This document shows positions 17,369 to 26,257 of a DNA stretch of 32,000 nucleotides, piece after piece. This DNA is from Candidatus Iainarchaeum sp. (lineage in GTDB: Archaea; Iainarchaeota; Iainarchaeia; Iainarchaeales; CSSED10-239). The stretch lies in contig JBBISB010000001.1 in NCBI GenBank assembly GCA_037441475.1, positions 186,418-218,417 on the forward strand. The letters run 5' to 3'. The position numbers were made by a program, and so were the translations under genes. Below the pieces are notes generated by a model, which saw only the letters and a list, made by a program, of their open reading frames with translations, was not told where the DNA came from and searched no databases. Position 1 is the first letter of the stretch. Each line of letters opens with the position of its first letter.

Positions 17369-19051
17369 ATGAAAAGATTAAATCAAAAAGGTGCATCTGA
17401 GGTTTTAAGCTATATTTTAGTTATATTTATTGTGATTGTGGTTGTTGGACTTATTGTGTCTGGAGTTATGCCTGCAATTGAAAGAACAAAATCTCAAAAG
17501 AAATTTCAAGAAGCAAAAATGTATATTTCAGAAATTGAAAAAAAAGTAAATGAGCTTATGCAGAGTCCAATAGGATCTATTACCTCTATTACTTTAGACT
17601 TAGATGAAATCTTTTTAGAAATAGATTCTAATCTTCAGACAATTAAAATGGTTCAAACTATTTATGGGGATTATTATAAGGAAGGGGATTTAATAAAGGA
17701 AGGAAATATTTATACCTTTAGAGAGATGCAAAAATTAATTGTGGGTCTTGATTTAATTGGTATTGAGATTATTGATAATTTTTATTTAACAAACTCAAAG
17801 ACAACTGTTTATATTAAAAAGATTGATAGAAACAAAATAAGTTTTTTAAGAGAGATTGATTCTTCTGAAAATGTAACTTTACAAAATACAGAAAAAGAAA
17901 GACCAAAAATTCCAACTGTTGAAAATCCAATCTTTGAACCTATTGAAGGAATTTATGATGATAATGTAACGATCACTCTTTCCACAACAACAGCTGATTC
18001 AAACATAAGATATACCTTAGATGGAAGTGATCCTTCTGCAAAAAATGGAATTTTATATACAGGTTCATTTAGTTTAACAGAAACAAAAACAGTCAAAGCC
18101 ATAGCCTATAAAACAGGTTGGTTAAATAGTAGTATAGTTGCTTCAACATATACTATAAATATTCCATTAAGATTTATATCTACATGGAAAACAGATAACA
18201 CAAGCACAGGTTCAAGTTCAAATAACCAGGTAAAGCTACCATTAGTTAATGGTGGTACTTATGATTTTAATGTAGACTGGGGAGATGGCACCCCACAGGA
18301 CAGAATAACTGTATGGAATCAAGCCCATGCAACACATACCTATTCAAGCATAGGTACCTATACCATAAGAATAGTAGGCACCATAAATGGTTTTAGATTT
18401 AATAATACAGGAGATAGATTAAAACTTTTAGAAATATCAAAATTTGGTCCTTTAAGACTTGGAAATGCTGGTTATTATTTTTATGGAGCTTCAAATCTTA
18501 CCATAACAGCAACAGATGTTCTTGATTTGAATGGAACAACAAATTTATCAGAGATGTTTCGTGATTGTTCTTCACTTACAACCGTTCCATCTATGAATAG
18601 CTGGGATGTTTCAAACGTAACGAATATGAATGGAACGTTTTATTCTGTAACTAATTTCAACCAACCAATCGGTTCCTGGAATGTTTCAAATGTAACGAAT
18701 ATGCAGAGTATGTTTTATGGTGCAACTAATTTCAACCAACCAATCGGTTCTTGGAATGTTTCAAATGTAACGAATATGCAGAGTATGTTTTATGGTGCAA
18801 CTAATTTCAACCAACCAATCGGTTCTTGGAATGTTTCAAATGTAACAAATATGACTAGTATGTTTTTAAATAAAACTTTAACCACCCAAAATTATGATAA
18901 TCTATTAATAGGTTGGGCTCCTCAAAGCCTAAAAACAGAAGTTAGCTTCCATGCTGGAAGCAGTAAGTATAGTGCTGGAGACGCTGCAACTGCAAAAGCA
19001 ACAATAATTAGTAAGGGCTGGACAATAACAGATGGTGGACAGGAATCATAA
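17369..19051 (+). CDS. Pilin-like surface protein with chitobiase C-terminal-like (CHB_HEX) and DUF285/BspA-type repeat domains
   Basis: Class III-like N-terminus MKRLNQKGASEVLSYILVIFIVIVVVGLIVSG; YTLDGSDPSAKNGILYTGSFSLTETKTVKAIAYK; VDWGDGTPQDRIT; repeated MFYGATNFNQPIGSWNVSNVTNMQS. Confidence 0.85.
   Translation: MKRLNQKGASEVLSYILVIFIVIVVVGLIVSGVMPAIERTKSQKKFQEAKMYISEIEKKVNELMQSPIGSITSITLDLDEIFLEIDSNLQTIKMVQTIYGDYYKEGDLIKEGNIYTFREMQKLIVGLDLIGIEIIDNFYLTNSKTTVYIKKIDRNKISFLREIDSSENVTLQNTEKERPKIPTVENPIFEPIEGIYDDNVTITLSTTTADSNIRYTLDGSDPSAKNGILYTGSFSLTETKTVKAIAYKTGWLNSSIVASTYTINIPLRFISTWKTDNTSTGSSSNNQVKLPLVNGGTYDFNVDWGDGTPQDRITVWNQAHATHTYSSIGTYTIRIVGTINGFRFNNTGDRLKLLEISKFGPLRLGNAGYYFYGASNLTITATDVLDLNGTTNLSEMFRDCSSLTTVPSMNSWDVSNVTNMNGTFYSVTNFNQPIGSWNVSNVTNMQSMFYGATNFNQPIGSWNVSNVTNMQSMFYGATNFNQPIGSWNVSNVTNMTSMFLNKTLTTQNYDNLLIGWAPQSLKTEVSFHAGSSKYSAGDAATAKATIISKGWTITDGGQES
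18601..18864 (+). repeat. Tandem 75-bp (25-aa) repeats, nearly identical, inside the DUF285 domain
   Basis: ccaaccaatcggttc recurs at 18661, 18736 and 18811 (period 75); the units between are almost identical at nucleotide level. Confidence 0.92.
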
Positions 19052-19087
19052 TTTTATTGACAAAAATAGAAATTATTAAATATATTT

Positions 19088-19615
19088 ATGAAAACAGAAA
19101 AAGGAGCAGCAAATTTAATATCATACTTTCTTTATATATTTGTAAGTATAGTTGTACTTTCAACTATTATTTATATGGTTCAAGAAACCATGCAAAGTAA
19201 TGAAGAAAAATATCAGTTTGATGAAATGATAAAAAATATAACCATTGTATCAACAACTATTGAAAATGTTACTCAATCAAGATTTTCTTCCAGGGAAGTT
19301 ACTGTTTTTAACCCAGATGTTCTAGAGATTGATTGTAACCAAAATCAGATAAGGGGAGAGATTATCTATAACCTTAATTTTAGAACAGATATACCTGTTG
19401 TTGTTAATGATATTGAAATTTCAAAAGTATCAAATAGACTTTATTTTGTAAAAGAGATTTATGATTTAAATCAAGGAGTTAATATTGATTGTAATCTTGT
19501 TAACTTGAATAAAGGGAAAACAAGATATATATTTAGATATCAAGAGTATGATCTTGAAAATAAAAAAATAATACTTAATATTGAATTATTAGATTTTAAT
19601 AGAAGTGAAGAATAA
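19088..19615 (+). CDS. Type IV pilin-like small exported protein
   Basis: MKTEKGAANLISYFLYIFVSIVVLSTIIYMVQE (KG + hydrophobic stretch) followed by a beta-rich soluble region. Confidence 0.7.
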   Translation: MKTEKGAANLISYFLYIFVSIVVLSTIIYMVQETMQSNEEKYQFDEMIKNITIVSTTIENVTQSRFSSREVTVFNPDVLEIDCNQNQIRGEIIYNLNFRTDIPVVVNDIEISKVSNRLYFVKEIYDLNQGVNIDCNLVNLNKGKTRYIFRYQEYDLENKKIILNIELLDFNRSEE

Positions 19616-21561
19616 TGTTATTTAAGAGAGATAAAAAAGGAGCAGTATCATTATTTACTGGAATTGCAGTGTTATTTGTAAGTATTATATTTTTAGGAAT
19701 ATTTACTTATTTTGCAATGGGGTACTTTGGAGGACTTGAAGACTCTCAAAGAATGAAAAATAATAGAAATAGCTTATCTTTGATAAATGATATTCTTCTT
19801 GAAATTAAAAATTCAAGTAGTGAGAGTTATAAAACTATTAATCTTGATACAACAGACCCTATTACAATTGACCATAACACTAGTAAAATTACTTTAGTGC
19901 AAGAAATTAAAAATCAAAAAAGTATTGAAAAACTTAAAACAGACACTAAAATCGGAGCACTTACAATTAATAAAAAAGAAACTAGTTTAGTATATACTTT
20001 AGATTATAATGGGCAAATACTTTTTTTTAAAACAATAGATATTATGCCTGTTAAACAAAAAATAATTTTTGAAAAAATAAATGAAGTTAATGGATTACCA
20101 ATAATTTCTGTTAGCACAGAAGAACTTAGTTTTGAAGGTACTAAAATATATTCACCAATTGAAAATATGACATATACTTATGGAGAACCAATACTGTTAA
20201 AAGGAATTGTTACAAACACCATTCAAGAATATCAATGTAGTTGGGAATCAAATATTGATGGCTTAATTGCAGAACAATGTAATTACACTGTAGAAATTTT
20301 ATCCCAAGGGTATCACGAAATTACATTTACTGCTAAAAAAGAAGGAGCTACTATTGCTACAAAAAAATTAAATATCATAATAGGATCAACAATTGTTGTA
20401 CCTTTATTTTTGATAAATATTATTACTCCTTCAAATAATTATTCTGTAAATTACGGAGAGGAAATAAACTTTACTTCACAAGTAAGTAATCCTGTTGGAG
20501 CACATAGTTGTTTATGGACATCCTCTATTGATGGAAACTTAACAAGCAATTGCAACTTTTCAACAACAACTTTATCAGCTGGAAATCACACAATTACCTT
20601 AACTGTTACTGATCAAAATCAAACTATAGAAAATAGTATTTTAATTACTGTTATAAACCCTTATTTAATTTATTCATGGTGATCAAATAATTATGGTGCA
20701 ACAGGATTAAGAATAGATTCAGGAGATACAATTGTTCCGACACTAATAGATTCATTTACAGACTTGGATACAATATCATCTAATGGATATTTTGCATTAG
20801 CAATTAGAAATGGAGAACTATATGCATGGGGAAGAAATGATTATGGACAATTAGGTTTTGAAGATACAAATAATAGAAGTGAACCTACAAAAGTAGGATT
20901 ATTTACAGACTGGGAAAAGGTATCTGCATCAGGGCATCATTCATTAGGAATTAGAAACGGAAGATTATATTCATGGGGTAGAAATATATATGGAGCAACA
21001 GGTCTTGGATTAGATACAGGTAATACATTAACCCCTACACAAATAGGCGCTTTTACAGATTGGAATTTTGTTTCAGGAAATGCAAATTTTTCATTAGCAA
21101 TTAGAAATGGACAACTTTATACATGGGGAAGAAATGATTATGGACAATTAGGTTTTTCAGATACAAATAATAGAACCAATCCAACTCAAGTTGGAACTGC
21201 ACAAGATTGGAATTTAGCACTTGCAGGGGGATTTAATTCTTTAGGATTAAGAAATGGAACACTTTATGCATGGGGAAGAAATAACTATGGGGTAACTGGA
21301 TTGAATACTACATCTGGAAACCCATTAACACCTACACAAGTAGGGTCATTTACTGATTGGCAAATTGTCGCACGAGATAATGCAAACTCATTAGGAATTA
21401 GAAATGGAAGACTTTATTCATGGGGAAGAAATGACTACGGCGTAACTGGACTAGGAATTTCCTCTGGTAACACATTGACTCCTACACAATTTGGAACTGC
21501 AGAAGATTGGGTAGATATTACTTTGGGAACTACATTCTCAATAGCAATTAAAAATAGTTAA
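19615..21561 (+). CDS. Pilin-like protein with PKD/Ig-like region and C-terminal RCC1 repeats, interrupted by one in-frame TGA (20680-20682)
   Basis: Track ORFs 19615..20682 and 20764..21561 share one frame; bridging sequence is ...LIYSW[TGA]SNNYGATGLRIDSGDTIVPTLIDSFTDLDTISSNG. N-terminus MLFKRDKKGAVSLFTGIAVLFVSIIFLGIFTYFAMG. Confidence 0.75.
20683..21540 (+). repeat. RCC1-type repeat array
   Basis: Recurrent LAIRNGELYAWGRNDYGQLG / LGIRNGRLYSWGRNIYGATG units. Confidence 0.88.
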
Positions 21562-21572
21562 AAAGAAATAAT

Positions 21573-22136
21573 ATGATATTTACAAAAGAAAAAACTATTG
21601 AAATTTTAAAAAAACATGTTAAAGAAAAAGCAAATCTTGAACATTGTTTAATGGTAGGATACTCCATGCTTGGAGTTTCTAAACATTTAAACCTTTCAAA
21701 AGAAGAACAAGAAAAATGGTTTATGATAGGATGCCTTCATGATATTGATATTGAAAAGTATGGAGGAGATATTAATGTGCATTGTCTTGTTGGAGAAAAT
21801 ATTTTAAAAGAAGAAGGAATCTCTCAAGAGGTTATAGATATTATTAAATCACATAATGATGCTTTAAAGATAGAAAGAAAAGAAACTGTGCGGCATGCAC
21901 TCTTCTCTCTTGATTCTCTTTCTGGAATTATTAGGGCATATATTTTAATGAGGCCTGACAAAGATATTAATCAAGCAAAAACATCATCTATTAAAAAGAA
22001 ATTAAAAGACAAAACATTTGCATCAGCTATTAAAAGAGAAGAGATATACATTGCAGAAAAGACATTAGATCTTCCTTTAGATAATATTATTGATGTTGTC
22101 TTAGAAGAGATAAAAATAAGTATGAGTTTTATATAA
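21573..22136 (+). CDS. HD-domain phosphohydrolase
   Basis: LEHCLMVGYSM...WFMIGCLHDIDIEKYGG...IIKSHND...LFSLDSLSG. Confidence 0.8.
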   Translation: MIFTKEKTIEILKKHVKEKANLEHCLMVGYSMLGVSKHLNLSKEEQEKWFMIGCLHDIDIEKYGGDINVHCLVGENILKEEGISQEVIDIIKSHNDALKIERKETVRHALFSLDSLSGIIRAYILMRPDKDINQAKTSSIKKKLKDKTFASAIKREEIYIAEKTLDLPLDNIIDVVLEEIKISMSFI

Positions 22137-22149
22137 AGAGTGATAAAAA

Positions 22150-22409
22150 ATGGCAAAACCATTTAGTGGAAAAAACCCTGTACATTAAGAACTGAACAAA
22201 TTGAAATAATCTATAATAAATTAGGTTTTCAAAAAGATAATGGAAGACATAAACATATTATCTTTAGAGATAAACATGGAAATGAACTTATTTTGCAGAA
22301 AGGAAATAAGATATTGTCTTTAAACTTTGTAGAAGTAATAATAAAAGAAATTGCACAGAAAACAGGAAAAACAAAACAAGAAGTTTTAGAGTTTTTTATG
22401 AAAAATTAA
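22150..22409 (+). pseudogene. Frameshifted HicA-like small toxin-like protein
   Basis: ATG frame MAKPFSGKNPVH* then frame 3 TLRTEQIEIIYNKLGFQKDNGRHKHIIFRDKHGNELILQKGNKILSLNFVEVIIKEIAQKTGKTKQEVLEFFMKN*; resembles HicA (KLGF...GRHKHIIFRD...). Confidence 0.5.
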
Positions 22410-22414
22410 TAACT

Positions 22415-23629
22415 TTATTTTTTATTCAAGTAAAGCCTATATATCTTGTCTTCTTTAACATAACCTAGTAACTGTTCTTTAAAAGAACTATCAAAGAAAC
22501 CCTCCTTTATAAGGTTTGATAACTGGATATATGAAAGATCTGAAACAAGGGGGTAAAGATTTTTTTCTTTTAAAATGTTTTCTAAAGCCTCTCTTTCTTT
22601 TGAGCCTTTTTCTGGTATCTTAAAGGAAGAATACTCCTTTACAAGCAAGGCTTTTTCCTTTCCAAAAAGCTTTTCTATTTTTTTTTCTTTAGAATAGTTA
22701 ATTATGGCATCTTTAACTTTTTCAATCTCAGGGTCAATTTCATCTAACAAAAGCTTTTTCTTTTCTGTAAGCTCTTGATATTTGTTTACAAGAAAAACAC
22801 CCTCTTCTTTTAAGTATTCATTTACTGGAAGCTCTTTTGTTATAACATCATGGGCCTTTAGAGGACAAATTGATCTGTAAGAACACCAATCACAGAGAGC
22901 AGATGGTTTTGCTGGAAAATCTTCTTTTTCCTTAGAATCTTCAATCTCCCTTATTGTTTCAATGGCATGTTGTTTTAAGCTTTCAAGATCCTCTACAGTT
23001 CTTGTTGAAACCTGTTTTATGCCTGCTGATAAAAAGAACCAACAAAGATCTATTTTTTCAACAAATGGATATTTTTCTTTAATGGCTATAGAGTAAAGGG
23101 CAAGTTGTTTATCAACATCAACCTCTTGTTGGGTTTTTGCTGTATTGTTTGTTTTATAATCAATTATTTCCATGTGATTATCTGAAACTAAGGAAAGTCT
23201 ATCAATGTATCCTATTAGGTCATAGGTTTTTTTTCTTTCTTTATCGTATAAAGAGATATCCACTTTGGTTTCAAGGCCTATTGTTTTACCTTGGTTGAAT
23301 GGTTTGTAGGCATCATAGTAGTTTTTTAAATAACCTTCCCCTAAGGACCTATAGTTTTCTTCAGTATACCCTTCTCTTATTATCTCTACTTTATCAAAAG
23401 AAAATTCCTCTTTCCAGCATTCATTGTAGTAAGAAATTATTTCTTCTAAGGTTAAAAGTTTATTGTACCTTAAGTCTGTGTATAGCTTTTCTAAGGCCTT
23501 ATGCACCATTGAACCCATGAAAGCCTCTATGTTGTTTTTAACTTGGATGTCTACCTTCTCTATATACTTATATTTAAACTGAAGAGGGCAGGTTTTAAAG
23601 GTTTCCATTGAAGAATGTGAGTATCTCAT
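22415..23629 (-). CDS. PD-(D/E)XK nuclease superfamily protein (RecB/AddB-like nuclease domain)
   Basis: YSHSSMETFKTCPLQFKYKYI, GSMVHKALEKLY, DLIGYIDRLS...MEIIDYKTNN, Cys motif CDWCSYRSICP. Confidence 0.88.
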   Translation of the reverse strand: MRYSHSSMETFKTCPLQFKYKYIEKVDIQVKNNIEAFMGSMVHKALEKLYTDLRYNKLLTLEEIISYYNECWKEEFSFDKVEIIREGYTEENYRSLGEGYLKNYYDAYKPFNQGKTIGLETKVDISLYDKERKKTYDLIGYIDRLSLVSDNHMEIIDYKTNNTAKTQQEVDVDKQLALYSIAIKEKYPFVEKIDLCWFFLSAGIKQVSTRTVEDLESLKQHAIETIREIEDSKEKEDFPAKPSALCDWCSYRSICPLKAHDVITKELPVNEYLKEEGVFLVNKYQELTEKKKLLLDEIDPEIEKVKDAIINYSKEKKIEKLFGKEKALLVKEYSSFKIPEKGSKEREALENILKEKNLYPLVSDLSYIQLSNLIKEGFFDSSFKEQLLGYVKEDKIYRLYLNKK

Positions 23630-23827
23630 AAATGATCTTTTTATATATTTTTACATATATTTAGGAGGGAAAGAGTTTATAATGTTTTTGTAGGTTACTG
23701 GCTCTTTGTTTTGGGGGGAGGAAAGGTTTTTTAAGATAGAAAAGAAGACAAGAAGCAAAAGGCATATATATATGTTTCTTAGAATATATATCTACATACT
23801 ATATTAAAGTTAAATGGTGAAGTAAAA

Positions 23828-24040
23828 ATGGAAAGAACAAATATTGATACAAGGCTTATAAAATCTATGGGTTATGATAAAGAAAAAAAAATAATGGAAG
23901 TTGAATTTTCAAGTGATATGATATATCAGTATAATAATTTCCCTGAAGATTTATACAACGAAATTGTTAATCATAAAAATATTGATAAATTTTTTAAAAT
24001 AAATATTGTTAATAGATATCATTATAAAAGACTTAAATAG
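23828..24040 (+). CDS. KTSC domain protein
   Basis: 70 aa: LIKSMGYDKEKKIMEVEFSSDMIYQYNNFPEDLYNEIVNH. Confidence 0.7.
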   Translation: MERTNIDTRLIKSMGYDKEKKIMEVEFSSDMIYQYNNFPEDLYNEIVNHKNIDKFFKINIVNRYHYKRLK

Positions 24041-24171
24041 ATTTATTTTTTTATTTAGTTAAATAATTTATTTTTTAAATATTTAAATTAATGGGAGAAG
24101 ATGTTTTTCTTTTACCTTTAAACTTTTTTTATTTTTTAATATTATTTTTTGTTTTAAATATTTTTTTTGTA

Positions 24172-24208
24172 TTTCTCGGCCAGCTACCATGTTTGAAAAG
24201 AGATATAT
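24172..24208 (+). repeat. 37-nt direct repeat, copy 1
   Basis: tttctcggccagctaccatgtttgaaaagagatatat. Confidence 0.9.
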
Positions 24209-24248
24209 TTTCTTTAGAGGATATATTATATGTCTTTAGAGGAATAAA

Positions 24249-24558
24249 AATGTTTAAAAATCTTACTTATATAAACTTATATAATATGCCTAAAGATATA
24301 AACTTAATAAATCATAGTCCAAAGCTTGAGAGTGTTTTAATGGTTGAAAGAACTATTGAAAAGTATAGCTCTGAATATACTATATATCAACTGTGGAAGA
24401 AACTTCCAAAGAAAATGATGTATCAGACATACAAAGTAATCTTAGATTACTTAGAGAGTTCTAGAAAAATTATTATTGATAAAGATAACACCTTGATTTG
24501 GATATTTGATGAAAAGAACATTAAGAAGATAATATCTAAAGATGTTAAATTAAGATGA
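24249..24558 (+). CDS. Putative antitoxin-like winged-helix protein (track ORF 24091..24558; internal ATG at 24249 preferred)
   Basis: MFKNLTYINLYNMPKDINLINHSPKLESVLMVERTIEKYSSEYTIYQLWKKLPKKMMYQTYKVILDYLESSRKIIIDKDNTLIWIFDEKN; stop TGA overlaps the ATG of the next gene (ATGA). Confidence 0.55.
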
Positions 24559-24892
24559 TAAATAGAAATAATTATGTTACATTTATTTCAAAGAAACTAG
24601 AAACTAATTTTGAGAGCCTTAAGGAAAACGACTCCTTAAATCAAATCTTTATTTACATATATCTAAAGCAATAAATGAACTTAAAGAAGATTATACATCA
24701 GTGGTAAAGATACCTAAATATCTTTGGCCTAAAGAATATATAATAAAATATAATATTACTAATCTTTGAAAAATTAATATACCTAATGGATGGAGACTTA
24801 TATATACTATTAAAAGTGATGAGATTAGAATAATTTCAATAATCTTGGAATGGTTATCTCATAAGGAATATGAGAAGAGATTTAAGTATTAG
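24555..24892 (+). pseudogene. Degenerate RelE/ParE/Txe-like toxin
   Basis: MINRNNYVTFISKKLETNFESLKENDSLNQ then, after a frame change near 24650, ISKAINELKEDYTSVVKIPKYLWPKEYIIKYNITNL[TGA]KINIPNGWRLIYTIKSDEIRIISIILEWLSHKEYEKRFKY*. Confidence 0.7.
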
Positions 24893-24899
24893 ATTTATT

Positions 24900-24936
24900 T
24901 TTCTCGGCCAGCTACCGTGTTTGAAAAGAGATATAT
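24900..24936 (+). repeat. 37-nt direct repeat, copy 2
   Basis: tttctcggccagctaccgtgtttgaaaagagatatat; one mismatch to copy 1. Confidence 0.9.
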
Positions 24937-24976
24937 CTGTCAAGAGGTATATATTATTTACAAATATGCATCTATT

Positions 24977-25007
24977 AAAAAAGGCTTTTTTTATAAAGGC
25001 CTTTTTT
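24977..25007 (+). terminator. T-rich hairpin, terminator-like
   Basis: AAAAAAGGC ... GCCTTTTTT inverted repeat with trailing T-run. Confidence 0.35.
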
Positions 25008-25095
25008 CCCCTCCCTTATTTTTTGAAAAGAGGGAAAGGATTGTAGAAGAATGTATTTATGAGTATAGTTGAGTTTTTTTAAAAAAAGAAAAAAC

Positions 25096-25764
25096 ATGAG
25101 ACTTAAAGATATTGCCCCTGAAAACAGACCACTTGAGAGGCTCTCAATGGAAGGAGAGAAAAGCCTTTCCAACGCAGAGTTACTGGCACTTATTCTAAAG
25201 ACAGGGACCAAGGAAAATAACATCTTAGACATCTCAAACCACATCCTCTCAAAGTATACCTTCCAGGAACTTGAGAATGTTACTATTAAGGAACTACTAA
25301 AGATAAAGGGCATAGGTGTTGTCAAGGCCTCACAGATAAAGGCCATAATAGAGCTGTACAAGAGAATCTCTATTAAAAACATTAACCTTAATGAAAAGAT
25401 ATACTCCCCTAAAACAGCATACGAGATTTTAAGACATGATATTGAGAATAAAGAGAAGGAACATTTAATCGCTCTCTTCTTAAAAGGAAACCAGGTAATC
25501 TCAAAAAAAATAATTACCATAGGAACTGACAACCAAACATTAATCTCAGAAAAAGAGATTATAAGAGAGGCCTTAAGAGAGAATGCACAAGGAATAATCA
25601 TTGCACACAACCATCCTTCAGGGGAATGCTACCCTTCAAGGGAAGATAGGCTTGCAACCAATAGGCTTAAGGAGATATCAAAAAGCCTTGAGATTAACTT
25701 TCTTGACCACTTAATAATCACATCAGAGAAATATTACTCCTTTAAGGAGAATAATTTACTTTAA
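25096..25764 (+). CDS. radC: RadC-family (JAB/MPN) protein
   Basis: MRLKDIAPENRPLERLSMEGEKSLSNAELLALILKTGTKENNILDISN...IIIAHNHPSGECYPSREDRLATNRL; ATG at 25096 preferred over the TTG at 25069. Confidence 0.92.
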   Translation: MRLKDIAPENRPLERLSMEGEKSLSNAELLALILKTGTKENNILDISNHILSKYTFQELENVTIKELLKIKGIGVVKASQIKAIIELYKRISIKNINLNEKIYSPKTAYEILRHDIENKEKEHLIALFLKGNQVISKKIITIGTDNQTLISEKEIIREALRENAQGIIIAHNHPSGECYPSREDRLATNRLKEISKSLEINFLDHLIITSEKYYSFKENNLL

Positions 25765-25790
25765 AAATATTTTGCATCCTCTATTATTTC

Positions 25791-26252
25791 ATGAACTACA
25801 AAAATATATTATTCGGCCTTATTTTAACATTACTAATATTTAACACCAGCTTTGTTTTTGCAGAAAACAAGGACATCAGATACTATTACAACAATCTTGA
25901 TCAGGAAAAACAAACTTTCATAAACAATATAGAAAGCATGCCTTCTTCTTTACAAAAATTAATTAAGAATGATAAGATAAAAATAGAGATTTACACAAAC
26001 ACAGAAAAATTAAACATCTTTTTAGAGAAAACAGAAGATGGAAGCTATAATATCTCAAAGGAAGAGATTGAAAAAGTAAACGTCTGGGTTTCTGGAAAAG
26101 AAGAAGCTATTAACAAAATCCTAGAAGCACAAGACCCTATTGCAGAACTTCAAGCAGCAATTAAAAATAAAGATGTAACCATTAAGACAAAGGGCTTTTT
26201 TAGATCAATTAAGTTCAAGATAGGACAACTATTTTTAAAGTTTAAAAAATAA
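25791..26252 (+). CDS. Small exported hypothetical protein
   Basis: 153 aa, signal peptide MNYKNILFGLILTLLIFNTSFVFAENK. Confidence 0.6.
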   Translation: MNYKNILFGLILTLLIFNTSFVFAENKDIRYYYNNLDQEKQTFINNIESMPSSLQKLIKNDKIKIEIYTNTEKLNIFLEKTEDGSYNISKEEIEKVNVWVSGKEEAINKILEAQDPIAELQAAIKNKDVTIKTKGFFRSIKFKIGQLFLKFKK

Positions 26253-26257
26253 AAGGA

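Noticed and set aside
20680-20682. Genome-wide recoding of TGA to glycine (as in Gracilibacteria/SR1)
   Set aside because: TGA appears to be a genuine stop elsewhere: the antitoxin-like gene ends ATGA overlapping the toxin start at 24555-24558, and small ORFs end in TGA at 31479 and 31925. The other internal TGA (24767) replaces a probable Trp, not Gly. Long conserved genes (RuBisCO, SRP54, TGT) contain no internal TGA.
22415-23629. Cas4
   Set aside because: The PD-(D/E)XK core and a Cys cluster are present, but the protein is about 400 aa, begins like generic RecB/AddB-type nucleases, and has no CRISPR context or Cas1/Cas2 neighbours.
24172-24936. CRISPR array from the repeated 37-mer
   Set aside because: Only two copies 728 nt apart with coding sequence between them; no regular spacer-sized intervals and no cas genes in the window.
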